From Candidatus Aenigmatarchaeota archaeon (GTDB lineage: Archaea; Aenigmatarchaeota; Aenigmatarchaeia; CG10238-14; SpSt-28), in contig JAWBAK010000001.1 of the NCBI GenBank assembly GCA_038997165.1, positions 160,001 to 224,000 on the forward strand: a stretch of 64,000 nucleotides of DNA, written 5' to 3'. Of this stretch, positions 8,750 to 18,925 are shown one piece after another. Positions within the stretch are counted from its first letter, which is position 1, and every line of letters starts with the position of its first letter. The notes below the pieces were generated by a model. That model was not told where the DNA came from. It worked only from the letters and a program-made list of their open reading frames with translations, and made no database searches. The position numbers and the translations under genes were made by a program.

Positions 8750-10197
8750 TAATAGGTAGATGTATTGGGGAGGCAAGAATTAATGAAGTAACATTTATAT
8801 CGACTAAAATGCCAGAAGTTGGACAATATGTTATTTTAGAGTATGACAATAAAAAGATTTTAGGAATGATAGAAGATCTAATAAGATTTAATCCAGCAAT
8901 AAATGAAGAATTGCTAAGTGAAGAAGAAATAGAATCTATTAAAAAATTTGAAGAAAGTTATGTAATAAAAGGAAAAATAAAAATTCTAGGAGATATAGAG
9001 AATTTAAAATTACCAAAAATTCCTCCAGAACCAGGCACAGCAATCAAAATTGCTACTAAGGAAATTTTAGAGAAAATTTTTGGAAAAGATGAAAAGTCTA
9101 TAAGTATTGGAAAGCTTTTAACTAATGAAGATGTTGAAGTTTATGTTAATATAAATAAAATGATTTCTAGACATTTAGCAATTCTATCTATAACTGGAGC
9201 AGGGAAGTCTAATACTGTATGTATAATAGTTGAAGAGTTAGCAAAAAAAGGAATTACAAGTTTAATTTTCGATATGCATAGCGAATATGTAGATGCAGAA
9301 TTTTCGAAAAAAAAGATATTACCAACAAAAATTAATCCAATTCATTTACATTATAAAGAAGCTGCAAGAATGATGAATATTGGAGAGGAAGCATATATTC
9401 AAGAAATGTATTTCAGAAAAGCTTGGGAAAGTGTAAAAGAAAAGATAATTAATATGAAAATTAGTTTGAATATAAACGATTTTTTTAACTCTTTAATTAA
9501 AGAATTAGAGATTTTTGCAAAAAGAGAAAGAAGTTCTGAAGAATCTATATATAAAGTAATTTTAAAAGTTGAAGAATTTAAAGAAAAGTTTGGAGAAATT
9601 TTCGATTTAAGTTATGATGATATTATTAATCAAATAGAAAAAGGAAAAGTTAACATATTAAATTTAGGTTCTGTAGATGATGAGGTAGCAGATATCTTTG
9701 TAAGTCATATTTTAAGAAAGATTTTAGAGGAAAGAAAGAAATTTGTGACAAGTGGTAAAGGATTAAGTTTTCCTATATTCGTTATAATAGAAGAAGCTCA
9801 TATATTAATTCCAAAAGAATTTAATACATTTTCAAAATATTGGGCTTCGAGAATTGCTAGAGAAGGTAGAAAATTTGGAGTTGGATTATGCTTAGTAAGT
9901 CAAAGACCAAAAGCTTTAGATGCAAATGTATTAAGTCAAGCAAATAATATGATAATTTTAAAATTAGTTGAACCTAATGATCAAAAATATGTACAAGCAG
10001 CTAGTGAAATGTTAACCGATGAATTATTAGTTCATTTATCTTCATTAAATATTGGAGAAGCTATTGTTATTGGCCCTATGATAAAAATTCCTGCTTTAGT
10101 TAAAATTCATGAATTCCAAAAAAAGAATATAGGAAAAGATATTGACTTTATTGAAGAAAGTGAAAAAGAGGAAAAGAAAGAAATTGATTTAATATAA
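8746..10197 (+). CDS. herA: HerA bipolar helicase
   Basis: HAS barrel, RHLAILSITGAGKSN, IEEAH, AREGRKFGVGL and SQRP motifs. Confidence 0.93.
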   Translation: MIIGRCIGEARINEVTFISTKMPEVGQYVILEYDNKKILGMIEDLIRFNPAINEELLSEEEIESIKKFEESYVIKGKIKILGDIENLKLPKIPPEPGTAIKIATKEILEKIFGKDEKSISIGKLLTNEDVEVYVNINKMISRHLAILSITGAGKSNTVCIIVEELAKKGITSLIFDMHSEYVDAEFSKKKILPTKINPIHLHYKEAARMMNIGEEAYIQEMYFRKAWESVKEKIINMKISLNINDFFNSLIKELEIFAKRERSSEESIYKVILKVEEFKEKFGEIFDLSYDDIINQIEKGKVNILNLGSVDDEVADIFVSHILRKILEERKKFVTSGKGLSFPIFVIIEEAHILIPKEFNTFSKYWASRIAREGRKFGVGLCLVSQRPKALDANVLSQANNMIILKLVEPNDQKYVQAASEMLTDELLVHLSSLNIGEAIVIGPMIKIPALVKIHEFQKKNIGKDIDFIEESEKEEKKEIDLI

Positions 10198-10218
10198 AAA
10201 TATTATATATGAGTAAAG

Positions 10219-10569
10219 ATGAGAGTGGTAGCAAAGCATGTATTTGGAAGTTTATATGAATGTGATGAAAAAATTCTTAGTAATATTAATAAATTAAGAA
10301 AAATTGTAAAAGAAGCAGTAAAAATTTCTAATTCTAAGTTAATAAGAATTACTTCTTATAAATTTGGTGGTGGTGGAGGAATTAGTATAATAGCTATTGT
10401 TGCAGAATCTCATATATCTATTCATACTTATCCAGAATATAAATATGCTTTAGTTGATGTTTTTACATGTGGAATTCATACAAAACCGGAAGAAGCTTTT
10501 GAATATATTGTAAAAGAATTAAAAGCAAAAAACTATACCAAAAAAATTGAATTAAGAAATTTAGAATAA
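10219..10569 (+). CDS. speD: S-adenosylmethionine decarboxylase proenzyme family (pyruvoyl-dependent)
   Basis: AESHISIHTYPE and DVFTCG motifs. An arginine decarboxylase paralog cannot be excluded. Confidence 0.9.
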   Translation: MRVVAKHVFGSLYECDEKILSNINKLRKIVKEAVKISNSKLIRITSYKFGGGGGISIIAIVAESHISIHTYPEYKYALVDVFTCGIHTKPEEAFEYIVKELKAKNYTKKIELRNLE

Positions 10570-10902
10570 CTTAAAGTATTTTTTTGTTTTTATTATTTTT
10601 CTTTTTACTTCTTTAAGAATTTTTTCATCTTGTGTAGCAATTATAAAATTGTCTTTGTACTTAATTATTAATTCGTCTACTTTTCCTTTTTCTTTTATTA
10701 CTTTAATTTTATTGCTTCTAATTAATAATTTCACTGCTTTTAAATATCTTTTATTTATATTTCCTATTTCTCCTAAGCTACCCTCTAGAATATATATTTC
10801 GTAATTTCCAAAATTTTGATCTAAAAAATCTTCAAATAATCTAAATTTTTTTTCTTTTATTAAATAAATTAAAAAATTTGTATCTAGTAATATCTTTTCC
10901 AT
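10561..10902 (-). CDS. PIN domain protein (Fcf1/Utp24-like)
   Basis: ILLDTNFL, VDE and IIATQD acidic PIN motifs. Confidence 0.8.
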   Translation of the reverse strand: MEKILLDTNFLIYLIKEKKFRLFEDFLDQNFGNYEIYILEGSLGEIGNINKRYLKAVKLLIRSNKIKVIKEKGKVDELIIKYKDNFIIATQDEKILKEVKRKIIKTKKYFKLF

Positions 10903-10916
10903 ATTTAATTTTCTTT

Positions 10917-11837
10917 ATGAAAATTTATCCGATTGCGTTTGATTCTTTAGGAGTAAGAAGTATGTGTACTTTAGTATGTATCAATAATTTAAAAATAATT
11001 ATAGATCCTTATGCTGCACTAGCTCCAATAAGATTTGGATTTGAGCCAAGTAATTTAGAAATAGATATGCTAAATTTTTATTTGAAACAAATTTACAAAA
11101 TAGGAAATTTTTGCAATTATGCAATAGTTACTCATTATCATTATGATCATCATCCTAGACCAAATGATACTAATTTTTTTGAAAGTTTTAGAAATTGTAA
11201 ATTTCTAATAAAAAATTTTGAAAAAGAACATTATAGTGCAAGAAAAAGAGGAAAACTGTTCGAAGAAAATTTGAAAAAATTTAAAATAGAATATGAATTT
11301 GCAGATAGTGAAGAAATAAAAATTGGAAGAAGTAAAATAATTTTTTCTGAACCTGTATGGCATGGAGAAGTTAAATCAAAAGTTGGAAGAGTTATTATGC
11401 TATTACTCAAATATAAAAAAGAAAAATTCTTTTTTGGAAGTGATGCCCAATTTTTAATAGATGAAAATGCATTAAATTTTGTTTTAGATTATAAGCCAAA
11501 ATATCTTATAATAGATGGCTTTCCAACTATATTAGAAGGATATAAAGTAAAAAAAGAAAGTTTTAAAATTGGAGTTAAACATATGGAAAAAATTTTTGAA
11601 GAAATAAATTACAAGTGGATTATAATTGATCACCACTTATTAAGAGATAAGAATTTTGATAAGAAATTTCCATATTTTGATTATAAAAAAATAACTACAG
11701 CTGCCAAATACTATAATTTGGAAAATTTACTTTTAGAAGCTTATAGAAAAGAAATATTTGAAAATAAAATAAGTTTTGATCTAAATAAATATAAATCTTA
11801 TTTTAGTAATTTGATTAAAAATGTGCTAAGTAATTAA
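10917..11837 (+). CDS. UPF0282 metallo-beta-lactamase-fold protein
   Basis: AFDSLGVRSMCT, THYHYDHH, WHG and IDHHLLRD motifs. Start moved to 10917. Confidence 0.88.
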   Translation: MKIYPIAFDSLGVRSMCTLVCINNLKIIIDPYAALAPIRFGFEPSNLEIDMLNFYLKQIYKIGNFCNYAIVTHYHYDHHPRPNDTNFFESFRNCKFLIKNFEKEHYSARKRGKLFEENLKKFKIEYEFADSEEIKIGRSKIIFSEPVWHGEVKSKVGRVIMLLLKYKKEKFFFGSDAQFLIDENALNFVLDYKPKYLIIDGFPTILEGYKVKKESFKIGVKHMEKIFEEINYKWIIIDHHLLRDKNFDKKFPYFDYKKITTAAKYYNLENLLLEAYRKEIFENKISFDLNKYKSYFSNLIKNVLSN

Positions 11838-11842
11838 AAATT

Positions 11843-12463
11843 ATGAGTCAATTTGAAATATTTAAAGAAAGGAAAAAATCTGCAATACGAAATCTTTTAG
11901 AAGCCATTAAAAATAATGAAGTAGATAAGCCAATAGAAAAAGAATTGTTAAAAATTAATGAGTACGAAATTGTTTATTCAACTTCTAGTTGCGCAGGAAG
12001 AATTGCGCTATTAGTTGATAAAGGAAATAAAAAAGATTCATTTTTTATAGGTAAATGGCATGAAAAAGTTAATGCTGAAGAAATAATTAAAAATTTAAAA
12101 GAAAATATAAAAAACGATTTGATCTGGTTTAAACAAGAGCCATTTATTATTCATCTTGTTTTTCCAAAAATAAAATTTGCGAGAGATGTATTAAAAATTG
12201 CGAGAGATGTTGGCTTTAAACATAGCGGTATAATAAGTTTAAAAAAAGAAAAGATTGTTCTAGAGGTTACTGGTTTAGATAGAATAGATTTTCCTATTGT
12301 AATTAATTCAGAATTTACAATTTCTTTAGAAAACTTTATTAAAATAGTTGATTTAGCAAATTCTAAAATGATTAGAAATGCTATTTTGAGGCAGAAATTT
12401 TTTAAATATTTTTTCGAATATTTAGAAAAAAATTCAAAAAAAGAAATTACTTTAACTGTCTAA
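11843..12463 (+). CDS. taw3: tRNA wyosine methyltransferase Taw3/TYW3
   Basis: STSSCAGRI, KWH and GFKHSGI motifs. Confidence 0.9.
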   Translation: MSQFEIFKERKKSAIRNLLEAIKNNEVDKPIEKELLKINEYEIVYSTSSCAGRIALLVDKGNKKDSFFIGKWHEKVNAEEIIKNLKENIKNDLIWFKQEPFIIHLVFPKIKFARDVLKIARDVGFKHSGIISLKKEKIVLEVTGLDRIDFPIVINSEFTISLENFIKIVDLANSKMIRNAILRQKFFKYFFEYLEKNSKKEITLTV

Positions 12464-12475
12464 ATATTTGATAAA

Positions 12476-13042
12476 TTATTCTTCAATTATTTCTGCTTCA
12501 AACTCGTAAATTTCTGTTTCCTCATCTAACCAACAATCTTTTCTTAAACCAGCTTTTAAACACAAATTTTCTAAAAATTCTTTTTTATCTTTAATTATTT
12601 TCCATACTTGTGGTAAAAATAATGCAGATTGAAATCCTTTAACTATCATATAGCCCTTATTTTTATCTAATATGTTTAGTATATCTATTCTGTTTTTAAC
12701 TTTAGTATCTATTCTTTTCATTTCGCCCAAAATACTTACCTCTATTTTTATATCTTTTAATTCTTCCTCTTTTAACTCTTCAAATCTAGGATCTTTACAA
12801 GCTTCTTTTGCTGCTTTAGATATTGCAATTGCTAAAGGATATATAGGATAAGGAAATCCTATACAGCCTCTTAAATTATTGTTTTTATAAATACTAACAA
12901 AAACTCCTTTTAATTCTGAAAATTGCTTAGGTAAACTATTTAAATCTATTTCAATTTCTTTCTTATTTTTTACGAAATTGACTATCGATTTTTTAGCAAT
13001 ATCTAAAACAACTTTTTTAAAATTATTTTCATTTCCTCTCAT
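12476..13042 (-). CDS. AMMECR1 domain protein (AmmeMemoRadiSam protein A)
   Basis: GVFVS, LRGCIG, DPRF, LFLPQV and LCLKAGL motifs. Confidence 0.92.
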   Translation of the reverse strand: MRGNENNFKKVVLDIAKKSIVNFVKNKKEIEIDLNSLPKQFSELKGVFVSIYKNNNLRGCIGFPYPIYPLAIAISKAAKEACKDPRFEELKEEELKDIKIEVSILGEMKRIDTKVKNRIDILNILDKNKGYMIVKGFQSALFLPQVWKIIKDKKEFLENLCLKAGLRKDCWLDEETEIYEFEAEIIEE

Positions 13043-13097
13043 TTAATTTATCTATTTTAAAGACAGAAATCTATAAATTTATAATTTTATAATTGTT

Positions 13098-13487
13098 ATG
13101 GCTAAATATCACGAAGAAATTAAGGGAAGAACTCCTTCAGGAGCAAAATTTATTCCTCATTATAAAGTTAAAAAGAAATGTCATTTAGGTGGTGATGAAA
13201 TATTAGTAGAATTAAGTGAAAAAGAAAAAAGAATAATAAAAAGAACTAAAGGTGGAAATAAAAAAATTAAGTTAAGATTTGTAACATATGCGAATGTATT
13301 CGACGGAAAAAATTATAAAAAGGTAAAAATTTTAGATGTTGTAGAAAATAAAGCTCACCCTCTTTATGAAAGAAGAAAAATAATTACAAAAGGTGCAATA
13401 ATAAAAACAGAAATTGGATTAGCTAAAGTAACATCAAGACCTTCGCAACATGGAATAGTTAATGCAGTATTAATTCAAAAGAGTTAA
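13098..13487 (+). CDS. rps8e: 30S ribosomal protein S8e
   Basis: RTKGGNKK, IITKGAII and VTSRPSQHGIVNAV motifs. Confidence 0.96.
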   Translation: MAKYHEEIKGRTPSGAKFIPHYKVKKKCHLGGDEILVELSEKEKRIIKRTKGGNKKIKLRFVTYANVFDGKNYKKVKILDVVENKAHPLYERRKIITKGAIIKTEIGLAKVTSRPSQHGIVNAVLIQKS

Positions 13488-14185
13488 ATTTCTAAAATTA
13501 ATTCATCTTCTGATAAAAATTTAGAAAAAAATCTATTAATATTTTCTAAATCTCTTCTAAATAATTTTTCATAAATTATTGAATCTTCTTTTACTCCATG
13601 ACTAAAATCAATTAGGTAGATTTTATCATTACCAACTAAAATATTGTGCTCGCTTAAATCACCATGTACTAAGCCTATTTTCTTTAATCTTTTTAAATTC
13701 TCAATTACTTGATTATAAAAATTTTTTGCAATTTCATGATCTAACTCAATATCTTTTAGTAAAGGATATGGAATTTCGTTCTCTCCCAAAAATTCCATTA
13801 TTAAAATATTTTGATATGAAGCTATAGGTTTTGGACAATTAACTTTCGCTTTTTCATAAGCAAGTTTCAAATTTCTATATTCCCTATTACACCAATAAAA
13901 AACTATATTTCTTTTCCCTCTTTTTATCCTTTCATATCTAGGGTCTAAAGCTAATAAATTTCTTATCATTTTAAAATCAGAATGATATATTCTATATATC
14001 TTTATAGCAACATAATTTTTTTCAAAATCTTTCCCCAAAAAAACAACACTTTCTTTTCCTTCTTTAATAATTTTTACTAATCCAAAAATTATTTTTCTAT
14101 TTCTTAATTCAACTAAAGCTTTTACAGTTAAATCATCTAAAACCTTAGAATATACTTTTAATTCTTCTTTAAATTCTAGGCTCAT
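13484..14185 (-). CDS. rio1: RIO1 atypical kinase
   Basis: GKESVV, AIKIYR, VHGDLSEHNIL and LIDF motifs; follows aIF-1A. Confidence 0.92.
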   Translation of the reverse strand: MSLEFKEELKVYSKVLDDLTVKALVELRNRKIIFGLVKIIKEGKESVVFLGKDFEKNYVAIKIYRIYHSDFKMIRNLLALDPRYERIKRGKRNIVFYWCNREYRNLKLAYEKAKVNCPKPIASYQNILIMEFLGENEIPYPLLKDIELDHEIAKNFYNQVIENLKRLKKIGLVHGDLSEHNILVGNDKIYLIDFSHGVKEDSIIYEKLFRRDLENINRFFSKFLSEDELILEI

Positions 14186-14474
14186 TCGGCAAATTTTTTA
14201 TGTATCCGTTTTTTCTTAACCAATTAGCTTCAGATTGTGTATATACATGTATAATATCGCATCTATCATCCATAAAAGGCCATTTTTTTATTAATACAAC
14301 ATCCCCAACTTTAACCCAAAACTTCCTCGAAATTTTTCCAGCAATTCTTGCCATTCTTTCTTTTCCATCTTCACAAATAACTTTAACTTTATCTCCAGCG
14401 TAAAACATTTCAACTAAAGCATACGTTTCTCCATTTTTTTCATCAGCAATTCTAACTTTAGTTTCCTCACTCAT
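14169..14474 (-). CDS. eif1a: Translation initiation factor aIF-1A
   Basis: CEDGKERMARIAGK..KFWVKVGDVV and YTQSEANWL motifs. Confidence 0.93.
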   Translation of the reverse strand: MSEETKVRIADEKNGETYALVEMFYAGDKVKVICEDGKERMARIAGKISRKFWVKVGDVVLIKKWPFMDDRCDIIHVYTQSEANWLRKNGYIKNLPNEPRI

Positions 14475-15136
14475 ATTTTTCTTATTAATATCGTATCCAA
14501 ATATACTTTTTTTCCTTCTTTTATACCAACCAAAGTTTTTGATATTTTATACTCTATAGGAAATTCTTTAGATATAAAATTCAATATTTCATATGCAGTT
14601 GACTTTGAACCAATATATAAATCTATACCCTCTTTTCTTCTCTCTATTTTTGATATAAAACTTAAAAAGTCTGTCTTATTTCTTTTTTCAACTATATTTT
14701 CAATTTTTTTTAGTAATTCTTCATTAACTTCAAATCTAAGTTGAATTATTGCTTGCTTATAACCGCTATTTTTCATAGCACAAAACTTACAAACAAATGG
14801 TTTTTCTCTTACTTCTATTTCTTTTTTTGAAATAATTATATTATTTTTTAAAAAAGTTATCGATATTCTATTTTCAAATATTTCAAAGTTTTTATCTAAA
14901 TTAATTTTTTTAAAAATATCATAATGAAGAGAAAAGTGAGATAAAGCTTCTTCATAAGAATTAAATAAGTATTTTTTAGATAAGGAATATCTATTACAAT
15001 ATTTACATTTATAAATTGAAATAAATTTAGGAAGTTTAACTTTATTTTCAAAATCGTTTCTAAAACAATCTAAACAAAATTTTTCAATAAATATTTTTGT
15101 TTCTTTTCCACACTTTGGACATATAGTTCTTATCAT
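14471..15136 (-). CDS. nmd3: NMD3-like ribosome biogenesis protein
   Basis: Four CxxC pairs, GY.QAIIQLR and GIDLYIGS motifs. Confidence 0.85.
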   Translation of the reverse strand: MIRTICPKCGKETKIFIEKFCLDCFRNDFENKVKLPKFISIYKCKYCNRYSLSKKYLFNSYEEALSHFSLHYDIFKKINLDKNFEIFENRISITFLKNNIIISKKEIEVREKPFVCKFCAMKNSGYKQAIIQLRFEVNEELLKKIENIVEKRNKTDFLSFISKIERRKEGIDLYIGSKSTAYEILNFISKEFPIEYKISKTLVGIKEGKKVYLDTILIRKI

Positions 15137-15170
15137 TAAAAATAAATAGTTTAATTATAAAAAACAGTTA

Positions 15171-15764
15171 ATGAAATATACTTTAATACTATTAGCTTTG
15201 ATCTTTATTAGCTTTATTTTTCAAATTTTAATTAAAGGATATACACAATTTCTAGCTTTAATTCCAAGCAAGGTTTTAAGGGGGGAATTTTATAGAATTG
15301 TAACTTCTATTTTTTTACATGGTGATGAAATTCATCTTTTTTACAATTCTTTTGCTCTACTTATATTTGGTAGTGTTTTAGAAAAGGTAATAGGAAGTAG
15401 AAGGTATTTACTTGTTTTTTTCTTAAGTGGAATTATTGGAAGTATTGCATACATTCTTACTAGTATTTTATTAAATGAAATTAATATACCGGCTGTTGGA
15501 GCAAGCGGAGCAATTTATGGAATAATTGGAACTTTAGCAATTTTAAGACCAACAACAATAGTTTTAGTCTATTTCGTTCCAATTCCACTTTTGTTTTTTG
15601 CATTCTTCTGGATTATAGTAGAAAGTTTAGCAACTCTCTTTCAATTTTTTGGTGCAAAAACTGGTATAGCATCTCAAGCTCATTTAGCTGGAATACTTTT
15701 TGGAATATTTTATGGTTATAAGCTAAAGGAAAAAGGTAGAATAAGAATAAGATATGAAATATAA
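15171..15764 (+). CDS. Rhomboid intramembrane serine protease
   Basis: FLHG...HL..N, VGASG and AHLAG motifs. Confidence 0.93.
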   Translation: MKYTLILLALIFISFIFQILIKGYTQFLALIPSKVLRGEFYRIVTSIFLHGDEIHLFYNSFALLIFGSVLEKVIGSRRYLLVFFLSGIIGSIAYILTSILLNEINIPAVGASGAIYGIIGTLAILRPTTIVLVYFVPIPLLFFAFFWIIVESLATLFQFFGAKTGIASQAHLAGILFGIFYGYKLKEKGRIRIRYEI

Positions 15765-18209
15765 TTAAAATTTAAAAAATTGATGTAAAGATTTTTGTTT
15801 TGTACCTTTAAGTATATCTCTTTCACTAATATTTAGTATAGAAAGTACTCTTAGAGCTGCTGGTAAGATTTGATTGTTTATATAATAATCAATATCTATA
15901 TCTTCTTTTTTTGCAAATAAAACGTATTCTGCTTTTTCAGAAATACTACTACCATATTTTGTAATTACAAAAGGAATTATACTACCTTCAGATAAATTAA
16001 TTCCTCTTTGAACAGCTTTTTTAGCTGCAATTACATGTGGACTAATTTGCTTATATTCGCTTATATCTTTGGTTAATTGCTCATATATAGTAACATCTTC
16101 TAGTTTAAAATCATAATTTTTTAATTTATTTATTTCATTCCTTACATATTCAATTGCTTTATTAACATCATTTTCTTTCAATATTATTTCTAAAACATTT
16201 CTTTGAATATTTTTAGCTAACTTACACCAATCTCTTCGTACTGTTTCAAAACCCCTAATTTCTAATTCGTTGCTTTCGCTTAAAAGTGCATATCTTTTTT
16301 TTGCACCTATCTCTTTTTCTCTTCTTTTAACAAAAATTCCTCTAATATAAAAACCTCTATATTCTAATTCCATTTTACCTTTTAAAGAATTATTAACAAG
16401 ATTCAAAAAATTATTTGCAATCTCAATTAACTGCTCTCTTGTTAAATTTTTATTAGAAACCATTAATGAATCTGTATCTCCATATATTATCTCTAAATTA
16501 AACTTTTTTGCCATTTCTGAAATATTTTTTATATAAAATCTTTCAAAAGCAGTAACACTTTCTGCACACTCTCTTTTATACCATCTAGCACCTATATAAC
16601 CTAAATATCCATAAGTTGCATTTGCTAGAATTTTCAAAGAATATTGAAAACTATCTAATAATTTATATTCCTCGCTGTTTTTATCTATATTTTTAAGAAT
16701 TTTTTTAATTTTTGCTCTTTCTTCAATTAAAAATTCTAAATGTTTAGGAATAAAACCTTTTTTAAATGTACAAAAGTGATAATTCAACTCTGGAACTTTA
16801 TTTTCTTCTTTACATTTTTGATGCTCACAATTAAAAGTATCTATAGATATGTTGTGAGTAACTATAATACTAGGATATAAAGATCTAAAATCAAAAACAA
16901 TTATATTTTCATGTATTCCAGTTTTTGGTTCAAAAACAAAAGCGCCTTTATATGGGGCTTTTAATCTTCTAATTTGTAATTCTTCGTGCTTTGGTCTATT
17001 TGGAGCTATTTGATTATCTTTAAATGCATTTTTTAATAAATATGCTTCAACTAATTGAGAATATGTATTTCTACAAACATCGAATAAAGTTAAATAAGTT
17101 ATTTTTGATAAAGATATTAGTTGAGGTAAGAAAATCTCTAATAATTTTAAAACTAATTCACAATCCCAAACATTATATTCAATAATTTTTTCAATGTTTT
17201 TTCCTTCTTTAAATATTTTTTGCATTTCTTCAAAAGTCATTTCTTTCTTTCCATATCCTAAAAATTCTTTTGCAACTGCATCTAAAGTTAAAACTTCTGT
17301 TTTAATAGTCGGTGACAAAATATGATCTACGTAAACATAAATATCTAAATAAACTCTTCCAGGAATTTTAAAGGTTTTTATCCAACCTCTCTTAACAGTT
17401 TTTATCTTCGAATTTTCTTTGCCTATATTTAATTCTATTCCATATTTTTCGGCTTTTTCTTTCAATAAAGGAAAATCAAAACCATCAGTATTATATCCAG
17501 CTAAGATATCTGGATCTCTTTCTTTTATTATATCAACAAATTTTTTTATTAATTCTTTTTCAGTTTTAAATACTTCACAATTTTCTATCTTAAAATTTCC
17601 AAATTCTAAACTTAATGTTTTCTTAAATCCATCATTTCCAACAATTGAGATTAAAGCGATTTTTTGAGAATTCTTTTCTTCGAAAACTTCTATATCAAAT
17701 GCATATATTTTCATTTTTGGAATTTTTTGAAGCTCTATCTTTTCAATTTTTGTTGCTAAAATTTTTTTATCTTTTTCTATTCCAACAACCTTAATCCAAG
17801 AAGATGGAGAAATGTCATTATCTATTAAAAATCTTCTATAAAAAGGTATATCGTATTCAAACGTTTCTATAACTTCTTCAAAATTATCTTTTATATATTT
17901 TCTAACTTTTGGAACTTTTTTTGGATTGTTTATTACTATTTTTAAAACTTTTAACTCTTTTCCTAAAAATTCTTTTCTTTGAATTTCTATATTTTCAATT
18001 TTTGCTTCAGGGATTTTTGTTTCTTTAATTTTTTCAATAAAAGATGGAATTTTTTCTTCTTCTACATATACATAAAAATATGGTAAAAAATTTTTATAAT
18101 AAACTGTATAATTTTCACCATTCTCATCTTTACAAAAAATTCTTATAACTGGTTTTTCATCTTTTGTTATCAAATAATCAATGTCCAAAATAAATACGAC
18201 TTTTTCCAT
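15765..18209 (-). CDS. polB: Family B DNA polymerase (intact, no intein)
   Basis: FDIE, YN...FD, DFRSLYPS, KILANATYGY and YGDTDS motifs. Confidence 0.97.
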   Translation of the reverse strand: MEKVVFILDIDYLITKDEKPVIRIFCKDENGENYTVYYKNFLPYFYVYVEEEKIPSFIEKIKETKIPEAKIENIEIQRKEFLGKELKVLKIVINNPKKVPKVRKYIKDNFEEVIETFEYDIPFYRRFLIDNDISPSSWIKVVGIEKDKKILATKIEKIELQKIPKMKIYAFDIEVFEEKNSQKIALISIVGNDGFKKTLSLEFGNFKIENCEVFKTEKELIKKFVDIIKERDPDILAGYNTDGFDFPLLKEKAEKYGIELNIGKENSKIKTVKRGWIKTFKIPGRVYLDIYVYVDHILSPTIKTEVLTLDAVAKEFLGYGKKEMTFEEMQKIFKEGKNIEKIIEYNVWDCELVLKLLEIFLPQLISLSKITYLTLFDVCRNTYSQLVEAYLLKNAFKDNQIAPNRPKHEELQIRRLKAPYKGAFVFEPKTGIHENIIVFDFRSLYPSIIVTHNISIDTFNCEHQKCKEENKVPELNYHFCTFKKGFIPKHLEFLIEERAKIKKILKNIDKNSEEYKLLDSFQYSLKILANATYGYLGYIGARWYKRECAESVTAFERFYIKNISEMAKKFNLEIIYGDTDSLMVSNKNLTREQLIEIANNFLNLVNNSLKGKMELEYRGFYIRGIFVKRREKEIGAKKRYALLSESNELEIRGFETVRRDWCKLAKNIQRNVLEIILKENDVNKAIEYVRNEINKLKNYDFKLEDVTIYEQLTKDISEYKQISPHVIAAKKAVQRGINLSEGSIIPFVITKYGSSISEKAEYVLFAKKEDIDIDYYINNQILPAALRVLSILNISERDILKGTKQKSLHQFFKF

Positions 18210-18235
18210 AAATAAAATGATTCATTAAAACAATT

Positions 18236-18925
18236 ATGAGAATAGCAATTTTATTTAGCGGTGGTAAAGATTCTACTTACACAATTTTAAAATCTTTTGA
18301 AGAAGGACATGAAGTTAAATATTTATTTACTGTTAAACCTAAAAATAAAGATTCATATATGTTTCATTCAGTAGCATTAGATATAACTAAGATACAAGCA
18401 GAATTAATGAATATAAAGCACTTTTATATTGAAGTTAGTGGAGAAAAAGAAAAAGAAGTTGAAGAACTAATTGAAAAATTAAGAGAATTTTCTGGAGAAA
18501 TCGATGCTATAGGAATAGGTGGAATTAAAAGTAAGTATCAATATATTAGATTTAAAAAAGTATGTGATGAACTAAATTTAAAACTATATATGCCTCTACA
18601 TAATATCGATTGCGAAAAATATTGGAAAGTTTTATTGGAAAAGAAATTTAAAATAATTATAACAAAAATTAGTGCTGGAGGTTTAGATAAAGAACTTTTA
18701 GGAAAAATTATAGATGAAAAAATTTTAAATGAATTAATATATAAAAGCAAAAAATTTGGTTTTGACTTATGTTTTGAAGGCGGAGAAGCAGAGACTTTAG
18801 TACTTGATTGCCCTTTATTTAAAAGGGAAATTAAATTAAAAAAATTTAAATTGATATCTGAAAATCTTTCTCATTTTCTAGAAATTGAAGATATAGAAAT
18901 TGTAGATAAGTCTAATTCTTTATAA
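18236..18925 (+). CDS. dph6: Diphthine--ammonia ligase
   Basis: FSGGKDS, SYMFH and EGGEAETLVLDCPLF motifs. Confidence 0.92.
   Translation: MRIAILFSGGKDSTYTILKSFEEGHEVKYLFTVKPKNKDSYMFHSVALDITKIQAELMNIKHFYIEVSGEKEKEVEELIEKLREFSGEIDAIGIGGIKSKYQYIRFKKVCDELNLKLYMPLHNIDCEKYWKVLLEKKFKIIITKISAGGLDKELLGKIIDEKILNELIYKSKKFGFDLCFEGGEAETLVLDCPLFKREIKLKKFKLISENLSHFLEIEDIEIVDKSNSL

Noticed and set aside
7967..10197. nurA-herA as an antiviral HerA-associated defence system
   Set aside because: The sequences look like the housekeeping archaeal end-resection pair. Absence of adjacent mre11/rad50 fits the general operon fragmentation.
14238..14247. Core TGTATATACA of the 18-bp palindrome inside eif1a
   Set aside because: Only the 10-bp core matches, and it is explained by the conserved coding sequence (VYT).
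15765..18209. Split or intein-containing PolB, as in some nanoarchaea
   Set aside because: It is a single 814-aa ORF with all motifs at normal spacing.
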